Shown: positions 13,657 to 26,163 of the stretch, piece by piece | Numbering within the stretch: the first letter of the stretch is position 1 | How the letters are laid out: the number at the start of each line of letters is the position of its first letter | Source of the DNA: Girardia tigrina | Taxonomy: Eukaryota | Assembly: GCA_001938485.1 (NCBI GenBank) | Contig: MQRK01213793.1 | Location: 18,349 to 82,348, forward strand | DNA: 64,000 nucleotides | Direction of reading: 5' to 3' | Program-made: the position numbers and the translations under genes | The notes under the pieces: generated by a model | Database searches by the model: none | Seen by the model: only the letters and a program-made list of their open reading frames with translations | What the model was told of the DNA's origin: nothing

Positions 13657-14829
13657 TTATTTATTATTTTTTGAACACTGTGTTATGTGTTGATTTATAT
13701 GTTTGACTTGGCACGGGTCTGATTTGGGATTTATATCCCCGATTTTCGGACTATCTAAATCGGACCCATTTCGTTTTGTAATTAATAATTTCGGTGATCT
13801 AAACCCGTTACTTTCCAAATTCAATAACCACTCTCGGACCTTAATAAGCTTACTCGTGGTCATTTTAATATTTTCATTAACAATATTATTTTGATTTTTC
13901 GAATAATAACAATTGTTAAACGGATCAGAAAGATTTTTTACTTCGACAGAATCGCTTGGGAATTTTGGTTTCACGAAATTCTCTTTCAACAAAGAATCCT
14001 CGAAAATCTGATTTGGATTAGTACCAAACTTTACTGACTTCTTTTCGAGAGATTCGGGTTTATTTATCAGAGCACTTTTTCGGACTTTTTTACCTTCCAT
14101 ATTACACGATTTTATTGTTTTACAATTATTATTAGTTCTTTTGGAATTTAATGACAACCCAGAAAGCTCATTTTGTTTTTTCAGATAGAATTCACTGTTT
14201 CGATTATTGAAACCATTTTTTCCATCGAATTTCAATTTGAGATCTGTTGAACTTTCTCTGTTTTTCGAACACTGGATTACTGTATTGGGAGACCGTGACG
14301 ATTCGGATGATAATGCGTCGTTGAATAAAAGTTGTTGTCGATTTTTTTTCGCATGATCACGACAGGTTTTAGTTTTTTTATTTTCCAATAATAATGAATC
14401 GCTTTTGATTTTCTGTTTTTGACTTTGAAAATTAGTGATTATTTGATAAATACTCCTCAAAGATTTAGTGTCTCTTGAATTAACGGAGTCCAGTGACGTC
14501 AGAGACGCATTGCTCAGACAAACATTCGAGTGGGAATCTTCTGAATCGCCTTTGAATTTGATTTTCTTTCGATACTTGTTATTGTTAAAGTTCTGAAGGG
14601 AAATCTTGAGATCATGACGATTTTGATTTATCGGATTCGGATTTGTGAGTTGAGGGATTTTTTTTCGTGTCGGTTTGATAATACCAGCAGATTCGGTCGT
14701 CGGCTTCTTTGTCAGTTGATTGTTGCTGCCATTGAAACTGTTTTTTGGTTGTGTATTCTTTTTTTCAAACGAAGAATTTATTTGTCGGTAAAATACTTCA
14801 CATTTGTGACCATCGGGTTTGATATTCAT
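13657..14829 (-). CDS. Intronless ORF, 390 aa, S/N/K-rich, probably disordered, unknown function
   Basis: Longest ORF in the window, unlikely by chance at this AT content. No TE motif recognised. Divergent from RNF19-like exon 1. Confidence 0.7.
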   Translation of the reverse strand: MNIKPDGHKCEVFYRQINSSFEKKNTQPKNSFNGSNNQLTKKPTTESAGIIKPTRKKIPQLTNPNPINQNRHDLKISLQNFNNNKYRKKIKFKGDSEDSHSNVCLSNASLTSLDSVNSRDTKSLRSIYQIITNFQSQKQKIKSDSLLLENKKTKTCRDHAKKNRQQLLFNDALSSESSRSPNTVIQCSKNRESSTDLKLKFDGKNGFNNRNSEFYLKKQNELSGLSLNSKRTNNNCKTIKSCNMEGKKVRKSALINKPESLEKKSVKFGTNPNQIFEDSLLKENFVKPKFPSDSVEVKNLSDPFNNCYYSKNQNNIVNENIKMTTSKLIKVREWLLNLESNGFRSPKLLITKRNGSDLDSPKIGDINPKSDPCQVKHINQHITQCSKNNK

Positions 14830-15733
14830 GATTATTTTTTAATGAAATATTTTATTATAATATTATCGATTTATTACTATGAAGTATTTTACTATCAATA
14901 AAAATATTAAAATTTATAAAATATATTTATACTTTTTTATTTTTTTATAAAAGCAACCCTTTCATATTCTACCGCCTTTTTAAGATGAAAAAATAATTTT
15001 GGTTCATCAATTAATGGAACTGGAAAAGCTTATTTTCCTAAGCAGTTAATTTTACTTTTGCTTATTGCTTTTAAGTGTGTTTTCCAAGTTATGTATATAT
15101 CGAATAAAAATAGTATTATTTACTGTTTACTATTACATAAGTTTGTTGAGTTCAAAAATAATTCTTTCAAAAAGTAAAGGTAAAAAATAATAGTATGATA
15201 TTCCATTTAAAAAAGAATATTTTAATCTTAAAAAAATTGAAAATTGTTAACGAATATTCAGATCCAAAAAATGGTAATTAAAGTTTAATAAATATTATAA
15301 AATGTCGAACACAAAATAAGATTATTAATATTTACTATCACAAAAATTCGTTTTTTTCTAATTTGAAAATGATAAATTCATCAAAAAATCTGAAAAATTA
15401 TCGCCCCAACAATCATAGATCAAAAAACAAATTCGTAATTAACCCCCCCAAAAAACATCTCAATAAATCGAACATTTGTTTGTTTAATTACATATCATTA
15501 AATATAAATACAAAATTTCTTAATTTTTTCAAATTAGTGAAATATCATAAAAAGAGAAAAAAATTCGTTGGTCAAACAAAAGATTGGAATTATTCGATCG
15601 CGCAAATCGTTTTCAATTTTCAGACCGAAAACAAGCATAGCAAATTCAAAAAATCGATTGATATTTTTGCGCGCGCGCAATTTTCCATTTCCAAAAAAAT
15701 TAAAAAAATTTTTTTTCGTCGTATGTGAAAAAG
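14830..15733. promoter_or_regulatory. Candidate bidirectional promoter/5' UTR region
   Basis: ~0.9 kb between divergent ATGs (14829 - and 15734 +), CpG-enriched near 15590-15680, perfect palindrome TTGCGCGCGCGCAA at 15667-15680. Confidence 0.4.
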
Positions 15734-15941
15734 ATGTCGAATTTCAACAACACAAAATCTACAGAAGATTTAACAAAACGATCAATTACGAAAAAATCCG
15801 ACGATAATTACAATTCGATGCGGAAGAAAAATTCGACGATGAATTTTGTTGAGAGACGGAAAAATGTGTCGGGTAAATCGCCACCGAATCCGTTCATGTC
15901 GCGATTAAATATCACTTCGTTCCTGGATCTGATGATGTCCG
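15734..15941 (+). CDS. Putative exon 1 of RNF19-like RBR E3 ligase (MSNFNNTKST...LDLMMS)
   Basis: ATG at 15734, open frame to strong donor G|GTAAGG at 15941/15942. Phase 1 end matches the phase-1 acceptor at 32016 (G+AT=Asp, frame stays open). No recognisable domain, so linkage to the downstream exons is inferred from phase and position. Confidence 0.6.
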
Positions 15942-18520
15942 GTAAGGGGGCGTTAGAACCCGTCTTTGCTCTTAATAATTGATTTTTGTTGAATTTTTCC
16001 ATTTATATTTATTTATTTTTAACTTTTGTAAATAAAATTTTATTTTTAGTATTTTAAAATTTTTTGTACATTTTTAAAGATTTTATTCATTTTAATTTTT
16101 TAAAATTAAAATTATTAATTTTTTTCAATTTTAAAAAATATAAAAAATGTTTTTTCTTATTTTTATTTATTTATTAATTTTTTTATGGATTTTAGTGTTT
16201 TTTAAAATTTATTATTATATTATTTTTAAATAATTTTTTATTTTTTTATTTAAAATAAATTTTATTTTTATTAATTTCTTTTGAATTTTCAAATTTATTA
16301 TTTTTTATTAAAATATTTTTTGATATTTATTTTTTTTCATTTATATTATATTTTGTGTTTAAATTTGATGATCTCCGGTTAGTGGGCGATGAAAGCCGTT
16401 TTTGATTTCATTATTTGTTTTTTTTGTTGATTTTTTTCTATTAATATTAGTTTATTTTTAACTTTTGTAACATCAATTTTAATTTTAGTATTTTAAAATT
16501 TTTTATACATTTTTAAAGATTTTATTCATTTTAATTTTTTAAAATTAAAATTATTAATTTTTTTTCAATTTTAAAAAATGTAAAAAAATTTTTTTCTTAT
16601 TTTTATTTATTTATTAATTTTTTTCTGGATTTTAGTGTTTTTTAAAATTTATTATTATATTATTTTTAAATAATTTTTTCAATTAAATTTTATTTTATTT
16701 TTGTTAATTTCTTTTGAATTTTCTAATTTATTATTTTTTATTAAAATATTTTTTGATATTTATTTTTTTCATTTATATTATATTTTGTGTTTTGATGTCC
16801 GGTTAGTGGGCGATGAAAGCCGTTTTTGATTTTATTATTTGTTTTTTTGTTGATTTTTCTCTACTAATATTAGTTTATTTTACCACGTTTTTATTAGCTT
16901 GCTTTCTTGTCTGTTTGTCTGTTTGTCTGGAACAAATCTTGCGATTGATTTTTCGACCACTTTCAGTCATCCAATTGAGCTGAATTTTTTTATACAGGCT
17001 TGCTTCCGATGACAATACAATTTGATAAAAAAAATTTTGAAAAAAACTTCCTAAATGATAACTAAAAATAGTTAAATAATATTATTAATAAAAAATTTTT
17101 TTTATAAAAACAACCACGTTTTTCAAGCATTACCAATGCACTAAAAAGAGGAAAATAATTTTTTTCNNNNNNNNNNNNNNNNNNNNNNNNNNNNNNNNNN
17201 NNNNNNNNNNNNNNNNTGGTTAGGTATAAAATTTCGCACATGTCTAGAAAAAAATTATTTTCCTCTTTTTAGTGCATTGGTAATGCTTGAAAAACGTGGT
17301 TGTTTTTATAAAAATGTTTTTTTATTAATAATATTATTTAACTTTTGTAACATCAATTTTAATTTTAGTATTTTAAATTTTTTTTTCTAATTTTTATTAT
17401 TTTAATCACATTTTTTTCTAGATCAGCAAAATATTAATATTTTTAATTTAAATTATTCAGATAAAAATTATTTTTTTCTGGATTTTATTCATTTTTAAAT
17501 TTATTATTATTTTTTTATTAATTATTAATATATTTTTTTGATGAAATTATTTTTTTATTTCTATTAATTTATTTTAATATCTAAATTTAATTTTTTAAAA
17601 AAATATATTCTTTTAATTATTATCTTTTTTAATTTTTTATCACATTTTGAAAATTTTTAAATAAATTTATTTTTTTAATATTTATTATTTTTTTCTAAAT
17701 TTAATATTTTTTAATTTCTATTATTTTTTATGGATTTGATGATTTCCGGTAAATTAACGAGAAAATCCGCTTTGCGTTTATTATTTGCTTTTTGTTGATA
17801 TTTTTCTACTAATATTTGTTTATTTAAAACTTTTGTAGTACAATTTTATTTTTAATATTTTCAAAATAATTTTTATTATTTTTTTACAAATTTTTTATAT
17901 TTTATTAATTTTTTAAATTTATTATTATTTTTAAAAAAATTTAATTAAATTATTTTTTAATTTTTATTCATTTCTTTTCACTTTTTTAAGTTATTATTTT
18001 TCAATATTTTTATTAAAATATTTTTTTTATATTTAATTCTTTTTTATTTCTATTATTTTGTCGTTTTTGTAATTGATATAATGCGATAAATTGGCTATAG
18101 AATTCGTTTTGTTATTATTATTTTTTTGTTGATTTTTTCCATTAATATTTGTTTATTTATAACTTTTGTAAGTACAATTTTAATTTTAATATTAACAAAG
18201 TTTTTATGTATTTTAATTTTTTTCAATTTAAATATTTTAGTATGTAAATTTGTTTTATTTTATATTCATTTTGCTAATTTATTATTATTATTATTATTTT
18301 AAAAAATTCTTCTTTTAATATTTATTTTAAATTTTTTATTAAAACTTTTAAAATTTTTTAATTAATTTATTTTTAAATATTTAATAATTTTTTAATTTTT
18401 ATTATTTTTTTGTTTTTGAATTTGATGATATCCGATAAATGGGCGATGGAATTAGTTTTATTTTTATTACTTGTTTTTTGTTGATATTTTTCCATTAATA
18501 TTAATTTGTTTTTAATTTTA
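15931..18520 (+). repeat. Degenerate tandem array (~340-430 bp unit, ~6 copies) starting at the exon-1 donor
   Basis: Recurrent head gatgat.tccggt.a..gggcg at 15931, 16367, 16794, 17738, ~18075 and 18424, each followed by similar T-rich body. Confidence 0.8.
16882..17340. mobile_element. Non-autonomous Helentron/DINE-like insertion with internal inverted repeat (spans a gap)
   Basis: Inserted in a T-run of the tandem array; ACCACGTTTTT subterminal repeats, (TGTC/TGTT)n microsatellite, ~95-bp inverted arms ~17070-17166 / ~17247-17343. Confidence 0.5.
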
Positions 18521-18526
18521 GTATTT

Positions 18527-21506
18527 TTAATTATTTTTCGAGTTTTTATTTCTCTTCTGACAATTTACACAGCTTTGTACGATTTCCTTTATCGCTATTC
18601 TCATATCATTCATATCAAAGTCATCTTTTAAATAATTGTAAACTTTCTTGCTACCAGCGTGACACAGCATCTTGTGTATATCTTCCACAAATTCAGTTCT
18701 TTTGGTTTTCGGAATCCAGTATTTGTTATCAATTGTCGTCACGATATCATCTTTCAGTAACCATTTCTTTGTTTTCCAATTTCTAAGATCTCTAATTTGG
18801 TTTATCTCATCATTATCTTTCTGCCATCTGAATTCTTTTGATTCATCGCCAAGGGCTAAGATTCTTGTTTTGATTTTTCCTTTCTTAGCTTCTTCATGCA
18901 TCATCTGACATTGTACACACATTTCGCATGAATTTCTCGACATTGCATCGACGTTAGAGTGTTTTTCACCTTTTCGGTATTCCATTGTCATATCCAAACC
19001 ACTAAGGAAATTTATCCAAGTTTGAAACTGGGGGGTTATTGGATTCTTTGTCGTCAACATAAATGTGATGGCTTTGTAATCTGTTCTTAATAAAATTTTT
19101 TTGCCGTAAAGATAGTGTTTAAAGTGTTGTGTGAAATAGTAGATGGCCAGCAGTTCCTTTCTCGTAATGCAATATCCCAAATTTATGTTTGTTCATTTTG
19201 TGGGATCCATATGCAATTACTGTTTCTCTTCCATATATATCTTTCTGTGATAACACTGCTCCAATGGTATCAAAACTAGCGTCTGTATCCAATATGAACT
19301 CGTTTTCAAAATCTGGATATGCTAGTATTGGTGTTTTGATCATTTTTTCCTTTAATTTTTGAAATGCCTCGTTACACTCTTCCGACCATATTATTTTTTT
19401 ATCTTTATTCTTTCCCCGCAGCCCTTCCAATACTTTTGAATACTTTGCATAGTCTTTTAGAAATTTTTGTAATATTTTGTTAAATCCAAAAAACTGCTTA
19501 AGTTCTTAACACATGATGGGTTCTGAAACTTGCTAATCGCATCGATCTTTGTCTGATCTGTCTCTATGCCATCTTTGCTTATCACGTATCCAAAAAACTT
19601 TGTCCTTTCAATCAAGAAGTGGCATTTCTCAGGCACTAAATACATGTTCAATTCGTTTGAGGTGTTCCTTTTTATCTTTCGCAAAATTGAGAATATTGTC
19701 TAAATATACAACTTCCTCTTTCCAGTTTAATTCGCCCAAAAATTTTACCATTAGTTTTTCGAATGTTTCTGGTGCCGCCGCAATTCCAAACGGCACACTC
19801 TTGAAACAGTATTGACCATTCTTGGTTGAAAATGATGTTTTGATTTTTGATTCATCTACAAGTTCCACTTGATGGTATGCGCTTCCTAAGTCGATTGTGC
19901 TAAAATACTTTGCTCCATTTAATGTGTTTAGCATCTCTTCTACATTTGGCGTTGGAAAAGCAGGTCTAACCGTGATTTTGTACAATTGTTGGAAATCTAT
20001 GCACACTCTAATGTCCTGTTTCTCATTTTTCCAAACACATACCAGAGGGAAATTCCATGGGGAACTGCACTTTTCGATAATATCGTTTTCTTCATAATTT
20101 CTAATGATATCGTCTTATTTTTCTTCGAAATGTTTCGGTTGTCGATACGGTTTCACTAATACCGGCTCTCCATGTGTTTCGATTTTATGTTTTGTCAGTA
20201 AGGTTCTTCCAATATCCCATTTGTCGGCCATAAATATTGATTTAAATTCTGTTAACAGTTCCATCGGTTGGTCGTCGATTTTATTTTCGTACAGCTTTTT
20301 AATTCTTTTTAGTCTATCCTCATCAAAGGGGCTGTCTCGTATTACTAACACATTTTCTGCGTGAGGTGTTTCTTTCTTCAACTTTATTCCAAATTTGTCC
20401 AAAAAATCTATCCCTGCTATCATTTCTGGATCTAGATCATTAACTACAAAAAAATCAATCGTTTTCTCTATCCTTTCAATTATCACTTTTAGTTGCACAA
20501 TTCCATAGTTTATAATTACCGAATCATTTGCACAGTGTATACGTCTTTTTGTTTCTTTTAATTTGATATCTTTAATTTGATATGTTAAACATTGGTATTC
20601 TCAATACATCTGCATTCTTTTTTCTCGTCTTCTCTTTTTCGGTTTTCATATTATCACATTTTCTATCATTTCCATCATGTTCACCATTTAGTATACATAT
20701 CTCCAGAGGAATATTTTTAAACACATCATCAAACATACAATCACATACACATTCATACATACAATCAATCATACATCTACATTTACTATCTATTTTAGCA
20801 CACTGATCACTTCTCCCTGCTATCGTACATCCTCGTTTCCTTGATCGTCTCTGAATTTCCTATTATTCGTGAAATAATCTCTTCTTGTAACATCTTCCCT
20901 TCTATCTGTTCTTTCGGACATTCTGTTCCATTCCTCATTTCGTTCTCCTAATTCAGCCACTGAATATTTTTTATTTGTCTTTAGACTTCGATCTCCATAT
21001 TTCATATTCGAGTAAATTCCCCTGCCATCTCTTCCAGTCTTTCCGTTGTCCCGTTTCCATTGCTCCCGTTCTCTGAATCTATTTGGATTTTCATAGCATT
21101 GTGTTCTTACGTGCCCCTTTTTATTTGTTTATTGCTTCCGGAGTCATGAATGCTGTCACCAGCAAGACTCTTCTTTCTTCTGAGAATCCCATGATCTTTG
21201 CGTATCTACCAAAGCTCTTTAGAAATTCCTCAACTTTTGACTCAGATCCGTCGATTATTTCTGGGCATCTGATGTTCGGAGTCACGTGGTCGTTGGTCGC
21301 CATATTAAGAACATTATTATTAAAATATTATTTATGAAATATTAATTTACTTTAAAATTGGTTGTTTAAAATTTAATAATTGATTAAATAATCCGTCGTT
21401 TTAAAATATTTAAAATATCAATCTTCCATCTGGGTGGGAGAAACACAATCCTAAAACAACATACCAAACAACATACAATAAGCACCATTCAAAAATATTC
21501 CTCACA
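18527..21506 (-). mobile_element. Gypsy LTR retrotransposon, 3'-truncated and frameshifted (5' LTR ~21303-21506, gag, partial protease, RT, RNase H, integrase Zn finger)
   Basis: LTR begins TGTGAGG; PBS-like TGGCGACC; RT motifs IDLGSAYHQ, PFGI, YLDN; RNase H ILDTDAS, KELLAI, LRTDY; HHCC finger HKMLCH...CVNC. Confidence 0.92.
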
Positions 21507-21831
21507 GTTATTATTATTTATTAAATTTTAAATATATTTTTTATTTTACTCAATTTCTTTTTTTATCAACTTGTTTTTTAAATTATTTTATTTTTATTTT
21601 TGTTGTTATTTTAATAGTTTTTAGGTTATTAATTTTATGAATTCTAAAAAATTGTAATAATTGAAAAATCATTTATTTTAAAATTAAAAAAAAATAAAAA
21701 ACAAATAAATTATGTTTAACTCTTCTGTATTATTGCACACACAAAAATGATATTTACGTTATTAAATATCTCCCTCTAAAATATGTTTATAAATTGTTAA
21801 CATAATATATTTTTTACATATTTTTTTTGTA

Positions 21832-23120
21832 TTGGGTTGTTCGGAAAGTAATTTCGTTTTTTCCCGACAGAGGATTTAATTATATTTTTTAATCCCAACT
21901 TCACAATTAAGCCGCATAATCATTATATGTTCTGAGAAGTGAAAAAGCAAGGCTTATGTGTGAAAAAGTTCAATTGATTTTACGCAGTAGATTTTGGTTG
22001 GTGCCCTTTTAAATATGGAGAGTAATAATCAGCATTTTCTTCATATTTTACTTTTTTACTATATAAAAGGTAAAATGAAGTTCAAGCAAGAAAGAAATTA
22101 ACCAATGTTTATGGAGAAGATGTGTCGACAATACGCCAGTGCCAGAACTGGTTTGTAAACTTTCTATCCGGCAATTTTGATGTCGAAGATGTACAACGTT
22201 CTGGAAGGCCGATTGAAGCTGAAAAAGACACGATAAAGGCATTAAAAGGCATTAAGTTGATGTAAACCGGCGAATAACAACAAACAGATCGCTAAGAGGT
22301 TACATTTATCGAATTCAACTGTTTATGACCACCTGAAAGGCATGGGTTTAACCTTGAAGCTCGATATATGGGTTCCCCATGTCCTCACGGAGAGACATTT
22401 GTATCGTCGCGTTTACGTATGTGATTCGCTCCTCAAACGTCACCAAAATGATTCATTTTTGAAGCGCATCATTACTGGGGACAAAAAATGGTATATAACG
22501 ATGTCAAACGCAAGAGATCATGGTGGAGAAAAGATGAACCGGCTCAAAGCATTTCGAAAGCCAATATCCATAAAAAAAGGAGATGCTGTCTATTTGGTGG
22601 GATTTTAAAGGAGTCGTTTTTTTCAGTTTTTACCGAATAACACAACAATTAATTCGGAAGTCTACTGTCATCATCTGGACAAACTGAATGATTCAATTCA
22701 ACAGAAATGGCCAGAAGTAATCATCAGAAAAGGTGTAGTGTTCCACGAAGATAATGCGAGACCTCATATAAGTTTGGTCACTCACCAAAAGCTTTTACAG
22801 CTTGAATGGTATACACTGCCATTCCCACCATATACTCCAGATCTGGCGCTTTTTGATTATTATTTGTTCCTGTCACTGCAAAAAGTTTTGGACAGTAAAA
22901 CCTTTACTTCAAATAAAGACGTCAAAAATCACCTGGATCAGTTTTTTTGCCAGCAAAGACCAAAAATTTTATTAGCGTGGAATCATGCTACTACCAGAAA
23001 TATGGCAAAATGTTTTGGATCACAATAACCAATATATAATTTAATAAAATATATTTTTATTATACGAAGATCGTCTTTCATTTTCACCAAAAAAACGAAA
23101 TTACTTTCCGTACAACTCAA
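21832..23120 (+). mobile_element. Full-length mariner element, frameshifted transposase
   Basis: TA|TTGGGTTGTTCGGAAAGTAATTTCG ... CGAAATTACTTTCCGTACAACTCAA|TA; WVPHVL, ITGD, HEDNARPH, YTPDLALFDY motifs. Confidence 0.95.
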
Positions 23121-23755
23121 TACATACATATAAATGTATATGTACTTATCGATAATGTTCTATTTACGTTTTTGTTTATATTTGCTTATTTATTTATTGA
23201 TAATATTCATGTTCTTATTAATATTTTTTATAAAGATTAATTATTTTAATTATACTTATCACTTCTTGTAAGAGAATTTGAAATCTTTCACTCACCTGCC
23301 AATTAATTTAAATGCTGGTGCCATATTTTTACAAAATAAAATATTCTTCGAAGAAAAACAATTGTTTCAATTTAATTCTTATCTCCATTGTCAAATAAAA
23401 AATTATTTTTTTGACGCATTTCAAATATTGATGTTAAAGAATGATGGTAAGAGAATGTGCTCCGAGAATGTGTTCCAAGAAACTTTTTATCTATTTGAAA
23501 ATGAAATTTTGTATCATATAGTGGGAACTATTCTCCACTAAATAATGCAAGTAAGAATGGATAAATTTCCAAATGAATTTAATTTAACAATAGCAAAAGA
23601 ATATAGAGTGAATACGTAATAAATATAGAATAAGTGACAAGCAATACAACATAGAGAGAATTAGGGACAAAGATAATTTTGATATTGACAAAGGTAATAT
23701 TTTTTAAATAAGAACGAAAAGTTATTTTTTAAAGTTAAATAACACTCATCAAAAT

Positions 23756-23800
23756 ATATTGTAATCAATTTCGACAGACTGACCGTCATCTTCAGACAAA
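23756..23800 (-). ncRNA. Minimal hammerhead-ribozyme-like core, probably from a Penelope pLTR remnant
   Basis: Minus strand reads CTGAAGA-T-GACGG-tcagt-CTGTC-GAAA-TTG-atta-CAA-TA. Stems II and III can pair; stem I does not. Confidence 0.4.
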
Positions 23801-24244
23801 ACGAACTGTATCAGTTAATAATGACTCAGTAAAAATTGCTAATTAGATAATAATTAACATAATATTAGTTTTTTTTAATTTAATCTTATTTCGAAGGATT
23901 CTGAAAATTCCAAAACTATTATGAAATGCAACGAAAATAATCTGTTAAATTTAAGTCGTGTCTAGATAAAATAAAATTTTGGCCATATACACTATATCTA
24001 CAGCACTAAATCTATAAATACAAAAGGGTTACATGTAAATTTAGTTTATCAGTATACTTGTTGACAGTTTGATGTCACACGCGTTAAGAAACGTTTCGTC
24101 ATTATTAAGAACACCAATTTGACTTTTAATATTTTTATTAACATAACAAGACAATTTTTGACAAAGCTTATCTACGATTGCATTCTAACTAATTGATTAA
24201 TGACTTTAATCTTATTATCTGAGCAAATGGAGAATTTCATAAAT

Positions 24245-24527
24245 TGTTAAAATATTAATTCAAAATTTTATTGGTTAAAAATTAAAATGATTATTAATTA
24301 TTTTAAATATATTAATTCAATTTATTTATTCAAAACTTGTAAATAAAAGTAATAAAGTTATCGAAAATTTTACAATTATTTTAAATTAGAAATAAATTTA
24401 AACATTACATATTTTCAGATAATAAAAATTAAAATATTAATCGGTCATCTGGGTAGGAGAGACACAATCCCAAATTAACCTGCAAAATTCAAATACAAAA
24501 CATCAAACATTCAAAATATTCCTCACA
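24245..24527 (-). mobile_element. Solo LTR (TGTGAGGAATAT family)
   Basis: Shares terminus ATATTCCTCACA and motif CATCTGGGTAGGAGA with the Gypsy 5' LTR at 21303-21506. Left boundary approximate. Confidence 0.65.
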
Positions 24528-24858
24528 GTCATCTAAGCGAATAAATTGAGGAACACAATTGAAAGCCAAGGGATTGCAATACGACTCACTACAGAAAGAT
24601 TCATAATAAAACAAATAATTTTTAAAATTATTTGTTCACGGTTTAATGATTTCTGAGAGAGGGTGATTTGCAAAACATTGATAATAAAATCTTCTGTTCC
24701 TAAAATCGATGTAAAAGTTCACCTTCAACTTTATTGAAAGTATTTTTATGAGCTAGTGATTCCATCATACTCAAATAAGCTTTTTTTGGTATATAAATGG
24801 TTTATCCTTTAAAATTGGTCACAACACATTGATGAGAATTTTCATAAAGCTTTTACTA

Positions 24859-26163
24859 TAGTGTGTCCCATAAATAGTTGGAAATATGAACATAATACCG
24901 ACACTTCAAAAAATAAAAAAAATTAAAACGATTATATTTTTATCAGATTCAACATAGAGTAAAGTTTTGTTTAAATAGTTGAAACATTGTTATTACTTTT
25001 ACGGCGGACTTACAAATAAGAATCTACCTTTGAGTGATAAATTACTGTTAGTGAAGCATTATTACTTGCAAGGAGAGTCGGTTACTGGAGCGATACGTAG
25101 GCATCACATAGAGAAAAACATAACAAAGAATTCTGAGAAACTTTCCCATTTAACAGTGGATTATTTGCTGAAGAACTTCTTGGAAACAGGTTCATTAAAT
25201 AAACGAAGTCCTCCTGGTCGAAAAGAGAACGATGAAAATGTTAACGTCATAGCTGAGATTGGAGAAGTTAAATCTGTTTGCTCTGCAAGTCAGTTAACAA
25301 AATTATCGAAGTCTACTGTCCATCGTATGTACACAAACTTAACATGTTCACTTACAAAAAGCAGGATGAACACTTTGTTTCTGCTAACGCACAACAAGAA
25401 AGACATGCATTTTGTGAAAAATTCCTCGCACAAGTGGATGCAGATCCTGATTTCCTGGACAGAATCCTATTAACTGATGAGTCCATCTTCCACTGCAATG
25501 CTCATTTAAATAAGCATAACGATAGGATTTGGGCACCAAAAAGCAGTTTTCCTCCTTCAAATCCCAGTTTCCCTGCTAAACAATAACCCCAGAAAATAAT
25601 GGTCCGTGCTGTATTTTTATCACCAGTGTGCATTGGACCTTTCTTTTTTAATTCCACAGTCACAACTGAGAGCTATCAGCAAATGCTGAAGGATTATGTA
25701 ATTCAGAACTTAAAGAAGCACAAAAAGTTCATATTTCAGCAGGATGGGGCAACGCCTCACACTGGATTGAACTCCAAAGAGTTTTTGAAACAAGAATTTG
25801 GAGAAGATGCTGTAATAAGCCGAGGGTTTCCCTTTGCTTGGCCAGAATATTCACCCGATTTGACACTAGCAGATTTTGGATTGTGGCCCAATCTTAAAAT
25901 GAAAGTGTGTTAAGAACTATAATTCAGTGGAAGAACTAAAAACTGCTATTCAAAATGAATTTCATTCACTGCCTCAAAGTTTTTTTTCTAATTGTGTAAA
26001 CTCAGTTATTGAGAGATGTGCTTTGTGTTTTGAGGCCGATGGTGAAAATTTCTAAAGCTTATTTGTATTAAAAACTTTATTATACCTGAACATGTTTGTA
26101 ATTACTCGGCTTTGAAAAATGCAAATTTAGTTTGAAATTTCCAACTATTTATGGGATACACGA
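24859..26163 (+). mobile_element. rosa/Visitor (DD41D-like; here DD42D spacing) Tc1/mariner element, frameshifted
   Basis: TIRs GTGTGTCCCATAAATAGTTGGAAAT / ATTTCCAACTATTTATGGGATACAC; LLTDES, FQQDGATPH, WPEYSPDLTLADF motifs. Confidence 0.85.

Noticed and set aside
17070-17343. Long hairpin as a candidate ncRNA
   Set aside because: Centred on an assembly gap and inside a TE-like insertion; cannot be separated from an artefact.
12271-21506. One giant Gypsy (gag-RT-RH at 18.5-21.5 kb plus integrase at 12.3-13 kb) that captured the orphan gene and RNF19 exon 1
   Set aside because: The 5' LTR starts TGTGAGGAATAT while the 3' LTR after the PPT starts TGTTGGTGTTCC, so these are two different elements.
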